IMG/VR virus record: IMGVR_UViG_3300012936_003649 | Location: 14,975 to 78,974 of that record | From: a virus | DNA: 64,000 bases | Strand: one strand, 5' to 3' | Part shown: one piece after another, positions 30,430 through 39,746 of the stretch | Numbering within the stretch: position 1 is the first letter of the stretch | Layout of the letters: the number at the start of each line of letters is the position of its first letter | Notes under the pieces: generated by a model | What the model was told of the DNA's origin: nothing | The model's input: the letters and a program-made list of their open reading frames with translations, nothing else | Database searches by the model: none | Position numbers and translations under genes: made by a program

Positions 30430-31928
30430 CAAAATACGATATTGCTTTAGTAAGTACACCAGTTATGGAGACAAATGTGCCTGCGCCTGCAATCTATTAT
30501 TTGAAAGGCGCATTAAATCCGCATGGCTTCAAAACAAGATGTTTCGACTTAGTACGAGATAGTGAAGAGTATTTTGGCAAAGAGGAAAACAAACAAGTAA
30601 ACAGTTATTTACTTGCTGATTGGCATGCTGGCATGCACACAGTAAAGAAAGATAAAGAAATTTATGATATGATTGTTGACTATTACAGAGATTATGTAGT
30701 AGAGCGTATTGCTCCCACGCAAGCAGAATGGGTTGGAATAAGTGTGTTCAGTCAAAACAGTCAAAAATCATCTCATATACTTTGCAAAGTAGTACGTGAA
30801 GTTATGCCTGACGCTAAAATTATATTGGGAGGCACAGGACTTGGCATTAGTATGGGAGGTAAAAAAACATTCGGTACTAGGTTAATTGAAGAAGGATATG
30901 CTGATTACTTTATTGACGGAGAAGGAGAAAACGCTCTTGTTGCATTATTAAAAGGAGATACATCCTATCCAGGTATTAATAGTACACAATATAAACAGAT
31001 TGACAAAATAGATGATATTCCCTTTCCTGATTACAGTGACTACCAAGAAGATTACGGCGATATAACTAAAATTACCCTAACTGGGTCACGTGGGTGTGTA
31101 AGGCGTTGTAGTTTTTGTGATATAGGAGCATTTTGGAAAAAGTTTAGATTTAGAAGCGGTGAAAATATTGCAAAGGAAATGATTAGAAATAAAAAAGAAT
31201 ATAATTCAAAAACATACTTCTTTTCAGATAGTCTAATAAATGGTAGTATGAAAGCGTTTAGAGACCTATGTGTCGTATTAGCAGACTACCATGAAAAACA
31301 TCCTAAAATTAAAGATAGGATTAAATGGGGCGGACAATTTATTATACGTAGTGAAAGACAAAGTCCTGCTTCGGATTATGAATTAATGGCTAAGGCAGGA
31401 ATGACTTGGGCTAGTATTGGTATTGAAAGTGCAAGCGAAGATGTTCGCAATCATATGGACAAGCAATTTAGTAATGAGGACATGTATTTTAGCATTGATC
31501 AACTTATTAAAAATGGTATAGGCGTTACAGCAATGTTCATTGTAGGTTATCCAACTGAAACATTAGAAATGTTTGATGAAAACATAAAATTTTTAAAATA
31601 CTATGCAGATAGAAATAGTTCTAAGTATACAAGGAATGGATTAGATCCAGGAGACTATGGTTGTATCAGAGATATTAATTTAGGACAAACGTTGGGTGTG
31701 TTAGACGATAGTCCATTAGCATCAATGACTGACGATTTTGAAGGTAAAGACACTTGGGTATCTAAAACAGTAGAAGGACTAGATTTTGAAGAGCGTGTAC
31801 GTAGGAGAAAAAAACTTTCAAGAGTTGCAAATGCATTAGGATATAATGTACGTTGGGATGAAAAACAATTACACTTTTTAAATAAAAAATTAGAAGATTG
31901 GAAACAAGAAGGGAAACCTATAAGATGA
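30426..31928 (+). CDS. Cobalamin-binding (class B-like) radical SAM enzyme
   Basis: N-terminal P.PAI..LK...VGISVFS...IILGG...GEGE; SRGCVRRCSFC; DSLING; IGIES; IVGYPTET. Confidence 0.85.
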   Translation: MTKYDIALVSTPVMETNVPAPAIYYLKGALNPHGFKTRCFDLVRDSEEYFGKEENKQVNSYLLADWHAGMHTVKKDKEIYDMIVDYYRDYVVERIAPTQAEWVGISVFSQNSQKSSHILCKVVREVMPDAKIILGGTGLGISMGGKKTFGTRLIEEGYADYFIDGEGENALVALLKGDTSYPGINSTQYKQIDKIDDIPFPDYSDYQEDYGDITKITLTGSRGCVRRCSFCDIGAFWKKFRFRSGENIAKEMIRNKKEYNSKTYFFSDSLINGSMKAFRDLCVVLADYHEKHPKIKDRIKWGGQFIIRSERQSPASDYELMAKAGMTWASIGIESASEDVRNHMDKQFSNEDMYFSIDQLIKNGIGVTAMFIVGYPTETLEMFDENIKFLKYYADRNSSKYTRNGLDPGDYGCIRDINLGQTLGVLDDSPLASMTDDFEGKDTWVSKTVEGLDFEERVRRRKKLSRVANALGYNVRWDEKQLHFLNKKLEDWKQEGKPIR

Positions 31929-32599
31929 GGAATATTGAAACATGGAAATCACGCTATACTGTAAAACAGTTTACAGATAAAGAAATTGATTTAGAAGATA
32001 TGGAATACTTAACAGACCTATTTGAATATATTCCTATTCAACAAGGATTGCTAAGTCATTTTTGGTTAAGATTAGGTCCTGAAGAGCAGGATTTTAAAAC
32101 ATTCTTGTATGAAAAAGTTTTTCATATGAAAGATAAATCTGAACATATGTATGCTGTTGCTTCATCACCTTATGTATTTCTAGGAGTATATCATCAGCAA
32201 GGACTTGTTGGAAAAGGTGGAAGGATGTCTCATGTTTCTGAACATGAAGCAATTATAAATCTTGGATTTCATGGAGGAGTGTTATTAAGCGAAGCACTAC
32301 ACTTAGGATACGATGTTTCACAAGTTGCTTGTCAAGAAGGCATAAACAAAAATTGGCCTGAATTCAATCAACGTGTAAGAGATTTTTTGTCTGAAGAAGA
32401 TGTTAAAAAATTAATGTTTCATCCTGCTAGATTACCCAAGGTAGACTTCCATCCAAAATTAGTCATTTGTATTGGTAAAGGTTTACCTTTAACGGAAAAT
32501 GTTAGTACTGTAATAAGAGATGGTTTTCCAGCCAAGGTACATCAAAAACCTAAAAAACCTGCAACTAATCTTGTATTAAGGAAACCTGCGAATGAATAA
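31925..32599 (+). CDS. Nitroreductase-fold flavoprotein (paralogue of 26453)
   Basis: WKSRYTVKQFTDKEI...IPIQQ...SPYV...LGFHGGVLL..A..LGYD....AC...CIG. Confidence 0.6.
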   Translation: MRNIETWKSRYTVKQFTDKEIDLEDMEYLTDLFEYIPIQQGLLSHFWLRLGPEEQDFKTFLYEKVFHMKDKSEHMYAVASSPYVFLGVYHQQGLVGKGGRMSHVSEHEAIINLGFHGGVLLSEALHLGYDVSQVACQEGINKNWPEFNQRVRDFLSEEDVKKLMFHPARLPKVDFHPKLVICIGKGLPLTENVSTVIRDGFPAKVHQKPKKPATNLVLRKPANE

Positions 32600-33758
32600 T
32601 AAAACCTTTTGTATTTTGCCTTGGATGCACCTTGCTACAAACGCAAGTGGTAATCTGCGTGTGTGTTGTAATAGTACACCAGGCAAAAATTTTATTACAA
32701 AAGAAGATGGTACTCCTTATAAATTGCACAGAGACAATATGCAAGAAGCATGGGAAAGTGAAGTTTATAAAGTTATTAGAAAACAATTATTGAATGGCGA
32801 ACGTCCTGAAATGTGTACACGTTGTTTCCGTGAAGAAGATGTAGGTATTAAGAGTGCTAGGCAAGCATGGAATGACAAATGGATGCAAGACAAAGAATAT
32901 ACAATGGACGCACCATTTGATATCAAGTATGTGGACCTAAGATTAAGCAATTTATGTAACCTTAAATGTAGAATGTGTAATCCTTATGCTTCAAACATGT
33001 GGGTAAAAGAATGGGCAAGTGTTGACAATGCACTTAGTGAAAGTGAATACAAACGTCTTAGTAGAATGGATTGGCCTGAAGAAGAAAAAACTTGGGAAAA
33101 TTTATTCAGTATTGCACACACTGTTGAAGAAATATATTTGACAGGTGGCGAACCTACAGTTATAAAAAAACAGCAAAAGTTGTTAGACTATTTTATAGAA
33201 AACGGTACTTCTAAAAATATACGATTAAAATATAATACAAACTTAGTAAAAGTTCCTCCTTGGTTGTTAGATAGATGGACACACTTCAAGCGTGTGCAAC
33301 TTAATTGTTCAATAGACGCAGTAGGAGAATTAGATCGTTATATTAGACATCCGAGCAAATGGGAAGTTATTGTTAAGAATTTTGAAACTGTCAGACAATT
33401 ACCTAATGTAAATATTGAAATACATTGTACAGTACAAATGTATAACATACTTCGGTTACACGAACTAGTTAAGTGGGCAAAACCTTATGGGCATAAAATA
33501 TATTTAAACATACTTAATCATCCTGAATACCTAAATGTAAGAGTGTTACCTAAACATCTTAAAGATCAAGCAAAAGAATTTTTACAAGAACATCTTGATA
33601 TACCTAAGATGCAAGGATTGATTGATTATATGTATGCAGAAGACTGGAGCAAAAAACTTCCAGAATTTTTCAAATATACAAATACATTAGATAAGTCACG
33701 CAACGAGAACTTATTTAAAATATTACCGGAGTTTGATCTTGAAGTATCTAGTTACTAG
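32592..33758 (+). CDS. N-terminal twitch-domain radical SAM enzyme 6
   Basis: FCILPWMHL...G..RVCC...CTRC; CNLKCRMC; TGGEP; YNTN; SID. Confidence 0.9.
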   Translation: MNNKTFCILPWMHLATNASGNLRVCCNSTPGKNFITKEDGTPYKLHRDNMQEAWESEVYKVIRKQLLNGERPEMCTRCFREEDVGIKSARQAWNDKWMQDKEYTMDAPFDIKYVDLRLSNLCNLKCRMCNPYASNMWVKEWASVDNALSESEYKRLSRMDWPEEEKTWENLFSIAHTVEEIYLTGGEPTVIKKQQKLLDYFIENGTSKNIRLKYNTNLVKVPPWLLDRWTHFKRVQLNCSIDAVGELDRYIRHPSKWEVIVKNFETVRQLPNVNIEIHCTVQMYNILRLHELVKWAKPYGHKIYLNILNHPEYLNVRVLPKHLKDQAKEFLQEHLDIPKMQGLIDYMYAEDWSKKLPEFFKYTNTLDKSRNENLFKILPEFDLEVSSY

Positions 33759-34452
33759 TGGATGTAGTTTTACAGCGTATGAGCGTTGCTGGCCATATCG
33801 TTTAGTAGAACAATTAGGCAAAATAAATTATACCTTAATTAACGATGCTGAAGGCAGTAGCGGAAATGCTATGATTCATAGAAGGATTATCTATCAAGTA
33901 GGAAAACTGTTAGCACAAGGTATAGATAAAGATGATATTTTAGTTGGAGTTATGTGGAGTGGTGCAAATAGGCATAATATACATGATGAAAAAATAGAAC
34001 GCATAGGAAAGGATGATGTAAATCCTTATTATTGGCCTGAAGAAGGAGGCAGAGGTGCTTGGGAAATTTTTTGTGCTACAAATTCTTCAAGGAAAGTAAT
34101 GTGGTATTATCAACATGTTTTTAGTTACTATCAAAGCGTTTTAGAAACTTATGAATATATTAATCATTTACAAAATTATTTACAAATGAAAGATGTAAAA
34201 TATTTCATGTGTCCTTACATGGACGGTTGGGACTATGAAGGTTTTCATGATAATGATGATCCATATATTCGTATGCTTGTAGACAGTATTGATTATAGTA
34301 AATGGCCAACAAAGCAAGGTCAATGGGAATGGGTTAAGGAGAACTATGCAAATCTTAAATTGGCTAACCCTAAACATCCAGGACCAGAGCAAAACAATCT
34401 TTGGGTTGAAAAAGTAATAATTCCTTGGCTGAAAGAAAATAATTATGTCTAA
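33733..34452 (+). CDS. SGNH/GDSL-like hydrolase or acyltransferase
   Basis: LVTSGCSFT...W...GSSGN...VMWS...HPG near the C-terminus. Confidence 0.55.
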   Translation: MILKYLVTSGCSFTAYERCWPYRLVEQLGKINYTLINDAEGSSGNAMIHRRIIYQVGKLLAQGIDKDDILVGVMWSGANRHNIHDEKIERIGKDDVNPYYWPEEGGRGAWEIFCATNSSRKVMWYYQHVFSYYQSVLETYEYINHLQNYLQMKDVKYFMCPYMDGWDYEGFHDNDDPYIRMLVDSIDYSKWPTKQGQWEWVKENYANLKLANPKHPGPEQNNLWVEKVIIPWLKENNYV

Positions 34453-35623
34453 TGTATTTTGTCCATTGCCTTGGAATCACTTATTCGTAAGAGCAAACCA
34501 AGATGTCTTTCCTTGTTGTGAAACTAATTTAGTAAGTACAAAGTTTGACGAGTCTATTGAGAAGACAGCCAATCATCCTGTGTTTAATAAATTTAGATTA
34601 GATATACTAAATGGTTCAAAACTACCTCCAGAATGTCGTTCTTGCGAAATAAAAGAATTAGCAGGAAAACAGAGTCTTAGATTAGTTTCTTTAAAACACC
34701 ACAGTACTATGAACAAAGAAAAAGCACAAGCAATTACACAGCCAGATGGAAGTGTGCGTAATTTTAAATTAGAAAGATTAGACATTCGTAGTAGTAACTT
34801 GTGTAATTATAAGTGTAGATTCTGTGGGATTATAAGTAGCAACAGTTGGCTTAACGATCATAAGTTATTAGGTTATGAAGTTGAAAAATCGTACGATAAA
34901 AAAACTGGCATCGCTGAATTTGAATTGCCGTGGGAAGATCTAAAACAGCATCTGCCGTATGTAAAAGAAGTTAAACTTGCTGGTGGCGAACCAGTAATGA
35001 TGCCAGGAACTTATCAACTACTTGAAGAATTAATTTCTATAGGCAATACAGATGCAAAAATAGTGCTTATAACAAATGCAAGTATGGCTAATTATGGCAA
35101 TAAAAATATTATTGAATTGATTAAAAAATTTAAACGTTCAGTAATTATGTTAAGTGTTGATGGTATAGGACATGCCCATGAATGGTTGAGATCAGGTAAA
35201 AGTGATTGGCTAAAAGTAAAACAAGTTATAAAAGATTATACTTCTTTTGCAAACTATGATTCAGTTCATTTTCACGTAGGAGTATCTTGGATGAATATGT
35301 GGCATCTAGAAAAGTTTGTAAGAGAATATCCTAATCATAAATTTATATTCAACCCGGTAACTGATCCTGCTATATATTCTATTGCTAGGTTTCCTAAAGA
35401 ACAAGTTAATCTTGCGGCAGAACACTACAAAAAATTGTACAGTAAAGAAGGTCAAAATCAGTGGCTTGCAATTTATAATATGTTACATGCTATGGCAAAC
35501 AAAGACGCAGGCGAATTTGATCAGAAGGAGTTTGTTCGTGTAACAAATTTGTTAGATACTAGTAGGAAACAAGATTTCAGAAAAGCATTTCCTGAACATG
35601 CAAAGGTATTATTACATGGATAA
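34445..35623 (+). CDS. N-terminal twitch-domain radical SAM enzyme 7
   Basis: FCPLPWNH...PCC...CRSC; CNYKCRFC; AGGEP; SVDG. Confidence 0.9.
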   Translation: MSNVFCPLPWNHLFVRANQDVFPCCETNLVSTKFDESIEKTANHPVFNKFRLDILNGSKLPPECRSCEIKELAGKQSLRLVSLKHHSTMNKEKAQAITQPDGSVRNFKLERLDIRSSNLCNYKCRFCGIISSNSWLNDHKLLGYEVEKSYDKKTGIAEFELPWEDLKQHLPYVKEVKLAGGEPVMMPGTYQLLEELISIGNTDAKIVLITNASMANYGNKNIIELIKKFKRSVIMLSVDGIGHAHEWLRSGKSDWLKVKQVIKDYTSFANYDSVHFHVGVSWMNMWHLEKFVREYPNHKFIFNPVTDPAIYSIARFPKEQVNLAAEHYKKLYSKEGQNQWLAIYNMLHAMANKDAGEFDQKEFVRVTNLLDTSRKQDFRKAFPEHAKVLLHG

Positions 35624-36824
35624 GACAGCGTATTGCCCAATGCCATTTGTTACTCTTACTGTAAACCCAACAGGTGTTATAACTCGTTGTATGATGAGTA
35701 TGAAAACAATGGGCTCTATTTCAAAAAATACATATAGCAATGCAGAATTTCAAACATTAAGAAAAAATATGCTTAATGGTATTTGGGATGAAAAAGGTTG
35801 CGAGTCTTGTAAAAATGCAGAAGACAATGGTAGGTGGAGCCAAAGATTAAAATGGCTAGATAGAGAAGAAAAATATTTAGGAGAAACAGGCATATATGAA
35901 GCCAATACAAATATTGTCAAAAATGACATACACCATTTGTACATGAACTTTAATAATATTTGTAATTTTAAATGTAGAATGTGCGGTCCACATTTTAGTA
36001 ATGCATGGATACCAGATCATAATAAATTAGCAGAAGCAACAAAAACAACTAGACCTTGGTTAGAAAATTCAATGTCAAAACAAAGAATTGACATAGACAA
36101 TTTTTTTGATCAGTTTGGTGATATGATTTCAAACCTAAAACAGATTTGGATAACTGGCGGTGAACCATTTATAGATAATTCTATATATGATTTTTTTGAG
36201 CAGTTAAAAAAATATACAAATTTAAAAAATATAAAAGTGCTTATTAATACTAATGCAACAAAAGTAGATCCCCAAAAACTCATTCCTCTTATGAATGTAA
36301 AGCAATTAGCATTAAATATTAGTGTTGACGCAACAGGAAAATTATTTCCTTACATGCGTGGATATAACTATTCTTTTGATGATATAGATGCTAAAATTAG
36401 GAGTATATGCAAGTTGAAAAAAAGTTACAAAAATTTTCAAGTGCAAGTAAATGCGGCTTACCAAATATTTAATATACTTAATGTTGAAGATTTTTTTAAT
36501 TGGGCAAGTGAAATATTAGAAGATGAAACAGCAGGCTTAGTAGAATACAGAACTTTGCATGGTCCGCCTTTTTTGAGAGCAAGGAATGCACCTAAAGCAA
36601 TCAAGTATGATGCATTGTTAATGCTAGAAAGACTTGTAAAACGTTTTCCAAATAATAATTATTTTCCAGATATGATAAAAGAAGTTAAACAACAACAAGA
36701 TAAAAAAGATTTGGATGATTTTGTTTTATGGAACAAAAAATTAGATGAAATACGTAGTGAACATTTAGTAAAAGCATTTCCAGAACTTGTAAAATGTTTT
36801 AATAACGAAGGTCTTAGAATATGA
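35616..36824 (+). CDS. N-terminal twitch-domain radical SAM enzyme 8
   Basis: YCPMPF...G..TRCM...CESC (CC reduced to CM); CNFKCRMC; TGGEP. Confidence 0.88.
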   Translation: MDKTAYCPMPFVTLTVNPTGVITRCMMSMKTMGSISKNTYSNAEFQTLRKNMLNGIWDEKGCESCKNAEDNGRWSQRLKWLDREEKYLGETGIYEANTNIVKNDIHHLYMNFNNICNFKCRMCGPHFSNAWIPDHNKLAEATKTTRPWLENSMSKQRIDIDNFFDQFGDMISNLKQIWITGGEPFIDNSIYDFFEQLKKYTNLKNIKVLINTNATKVDPQKLIPLMNVKQLALNISVDATGKLFPYMRGYNYSFDDIDAKIRSICKLKKSYKNFQVQVNAAYQIFNILNVEDFFNWASEILEDETAGLVEYRTLHGPPFLRARNAPKAIKYDALLMLERLVKRFPNNNYFPDMIKEVKQQQDKKDLDDFVLWNKKLDEIRSEHLVKAFPELVKCFNNEGLRI

Positions 36825-37924
36825 CAACACGTTGGTGTCAAGCAGGAAAGAACCATATTTGGTTAAGGCAGGATTGGACTATTCAATTATGTTGTAGTCT
36901 TGTTGGTGATACTTGGGATCATCAAATGAAATTAGACAACCCCAAACATCTATTTAGAGTGCTTGCAAAACATTGGCCAGAAACTTATAAAATATTAGAA
37001 AAAGAACCATTACCAAAAGGCAAGTGTGCTATTTGTATTTCTGAACAAGAAATGCATGGTACAAGTCAAAGAACAAAAATTAATGAATTAACTAATGATG
37101 GTAAAAAGTTTTTTTTAAAGATAGACTTTAGTAATAAATGTAATTTAAAATGTACAATGTGTTCTAGCAAAAGATCAACTGGCTGGATCAAAGATGAACA
37201 AAAGATGAATAAGGCTCTTGAGGGTGATAGACGTTTAGAATTGCCTATAGCAGGGCATGAGACACTCGGATCAGAATGGTTTAAACAAATTCCAATTGAA
37301 TGGTTTAAAAATTTAGGAGCGGTAGAAATATCGGGAGGTGAACCATTATATCAAGAAGATGCATTAGAATTTTTAGAATTCTTATCAATAGAAGTTCCTG
37401 ATATACAAATGCGTATTATAACAAACACAACTCTTGTAGATGACAAAATTTTAACTATGCTAGGTAGATTTTCTAGACTACGTGTGCTTTGTAGTATAGA
37501 TGCATGGGAAAATGATTGCTATCAATATGTAAGAGGAGGTGTGTATGAACTTCCTCAAATTAAAGAGAACATTATTAAACTTGCAAAAACTGTAAGTGGC
37601 AATGTTGCTGTTGCCGACACAATACATCCTGCTAATTACAATCAATATGACCTTGGTGCAAAATTTATAGAAAAATTAAATAATGATTACAGTCCAAAAC
37701 GTCCTGTAAGATATAGTTGGAGTTATGTATCCAAGCCATTACATTTAAATCCTAGGACAGTATTGCCTGAAGAATTTGTTCCTGGTGAGAAAAACATAGC
37801 AGAACAAAAACTATTTTATAGGTTTACATCTAACTTAGACAAAATTAGAAAGCAAAACATATTAGACATAAGACCAGAATTTGAATCTTGGTGGAATGAA
37901 ATGGAAAAATTATGCAAACATTAG
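36821..37924 (+). CDS. N-terminal twitch-domain radical SAM enzyme 9
   Basis: WC...LCC...CAIC; CNLKCTMC; SGGEP; SID. Confidence 0.88.
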   Translation: MTTRWCQAGKNHIWLRQDWTIQLCCSLVGDTWDHQMKLDNPKHLFRVLAKHWPETYKILEKEPLPKGKCAICISEQEMHGTSQRTKINELTNDGKKFFLKIDFSNKCNLKCTMCSSKRSTGWIKDEQKMNKALEGDRRLELPIAGHETLGSEWFKQIPIEWFKNLGAVEISGGEPLYQEDALEFLEFLSIEVPDIQMRIITNTTLVDDKILTMLGRFSRLRVLCSIDAWENDCYQYVRGGVYELPQIKENIIKLAKTVSGNVAVADTIHPANYNQYDLGAKFIEKLNNDYSPKRPVRYSWSYVSKPLHLNPRTVLPEEFVPGEKNIAEQKLFYRFTSNLDKIRKQNILDIRPEFESWWNEMEKLCKH

Positions 37925-38793
37925 GATTATTTGGAGATAGTTTTGTACAAGACCATAGGTGGGGCGAATTTATGTTCCATGATGTTCTAAAAATTACAAA
38001 TGAAGATAAACTTACAAATTTATTACAACAATATAAAAAAGCAATTCCTGCTTGGTGGGAATTATTACACAACTATAATGCTACACCACACGGAGTTGGC
38101 GGCGCAGATAATTATTGCGGTTTACTTAATTTTTTATATAATCATGAAAAATATGACCGCGTAATATTTTTAATAACAGAATCACAGCGACAAAGTTTTT
38201 GGTTAGAGGAAAGCAAGTCATCACATAATTTGACAAGTGATATTCATTATAGTGCGAATAACTTAGACCGTTGGATTCATGCAACAAGCGAAGCACAGTG
38301 CATAGATAAACAATCTAGTAATGAATTTTATAGTGTAATGAAAGATTTTCATGCAACTGTTGGCAGGGCTGATAGAGTAAAAGGTAATATATTAACAAAT
38401 TTAATAGTAGAAAAAGTAAAAAAAATAAGACCAGACACATTGTTTATTAATGGTTTTGCAGATAATTCTGAGGACATTCTACTTGAACATTTAATTGAAG
38501 ATTTTTTTGAGGTTAAAAAAGGCACGCCTTTGTTAGAATTACACTGGATTGATAATAAAAAATTAGGTACTTGGCCTAATTTAGTAGATATGAGGATATC
38601 ACATCAATCAACACCTTCAAATACAAGGCTTGCTAAAATTATACAAATGCACCTTGATACTGACAAAACACTATTAGAATTTGACATCGAACCATTTAGG
38701 CATATCAAAGTTGATAAAAATTTAGTATTTGTAAAATCTAATAACCCAGAATCTTTCAAACAACATTTAGACTTGTTAGGAGTAGAATTATGA
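37912..38793 (+). CDS. SGNH/GDSL-like protein
   Basis: LFGDSF...HGVGGADN...HEKYDRVIF...D.R.SH. Confidence 0.55.
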   Translation: MQTLGLFGDSFVQDHRWGEFMFHDVLKITNEDKLTNLLQQYKKAIPAWWELLHNYNATPHGVGGADNYCGLLNFLYNHEKYDRVIFLITESQRQSFWLEESKSSHNLTSDIHYSANNLDRWIHATSEAQCIDKQSSNEFYSVMKDFHATVGRADRVKGNILTNLIVEKVKKIRPDTLFINGFADNSEDILLEHLIEDFFEVKKGTPLLELHWIDNKKLGTWPNLVDMRISHQSTPSNTRLAKIIQMHLDTDKTLLEFDIEPFRHIKVDKNLVFVKSNNPESFKQHLDLLGVEL

Positions 38794-39716
38794 AAATTGG
38801 CATCTTTGGTGATAGTTATGTTGACCGATGGAATCCGGCACATAGATTAGCAAGACAGTGTTTAGATGACAATCTTGCTGAGAAATTTTGTAATGATAAT
38901 CCAGCATTTCCGTGGTATACGCATTTACCAAAGATGAATAATACATATAAAGTATTTGAACATGGTTTGGGAGGTTGTGACAATTGGTACATATATAGTC
39001 AATTTTTAGAACATCATGAAAAATATGATAAAATAATAGTTGTTTGGACTCATGACGGCAGGTATAGTTGGACTACATATGAAGAAGGATTTCCTTATGA
39101 TCCAGAAGAAATACAAAACCGACATTGGTTACATGCAGTCAATCTTGACACTGCTATAGATAAAAGCAAAAACTATTGCGATGAAGGACCTCCTGTTCCA
39201 GGTGTTGAAAGATACAGAGCAGATTACAAAGCATTGATACCTTTTTTTGAACGTGTGCATCATGCAGATAGGAAAAGGCATCTTAAGTTTAGCCAACTAC
39301 TACAAAAAGAGGTTCGTGAAACAAGACCAGATGCTATCTTTATCAATGCTTTCAATCCATCAGGATCCAGCATAGACCATACTGGTACTTTACATGAAAT
39401 AACACTCTACGAAAATCATCTATTATATGAAGACTGGCCTCAAATGGGTGAAAAAATTATTCCAACTTTTTGGAGTGGGGCTCCTCCAATGGATGAGATA
39501 ATAGATTGTAGAATATGTCATATGACAAAAAACTCAAATGTAAAATTTGCAGAAAAAGTATTAAGTGCTATAAATTACAATCATACAAATATTCAAATAA
39601 TAGTTAATGATTTTTGGAGGAAGATGGAAAAGAAAGATTATAGAGAATTTTGGACTAGAAGAGATATATTAAAATATGCAAACACATACTATAATGCAGG
39701 AATTACAATAGGTTGA
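38790..39716 (+). CDS. SGNH/GDSL-like protein (tandem paralogue)
   Basis: IFGDSY...HGLGGCDN...HEKYDKIIV...D.R.CH. Confidence 0.55.
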   Translation: MKIGIFGDSYVDRWNPAHRLARQCLDDNLAEKFCNDNPAFPWYTHLPKMNNTYKVFEHGLGGCDNWYIYSQFLEHHEKYDKIIVVWTHDGRYSWTTYEEGFPYDPEEIQNRHWLHAVNLDTAIDKSKNYCDEGPPVPGVERYRADYKALIPFFERVHHADRKRHLKFSQLLQKEVRETRPDAIFINAFNPSGSSIDHTGTLHEITLYENHLLYEDWPQMGEKIIPTFWSGAPPMDEIIDCRICHMTKNSNVKFAEKVLSAINYNHTNIQIIVNDFWRKMEKKDYREFWTRRDILKYANTYYNAGITIG

Positions 39717-39741
39717 CAGTTTATTACAAAGGTGCTATAAT
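39713..39741 (+). promoter_or_regulatory. Sigma70-type promoter TTGACA-N17-TATAAT with extended -10 TG
   Basis: Perfect consensus; ATG 39747 follows 5 nt after the -10 box. Confidence 0.75.
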
Positions 39742-39746
39742 ACGTT

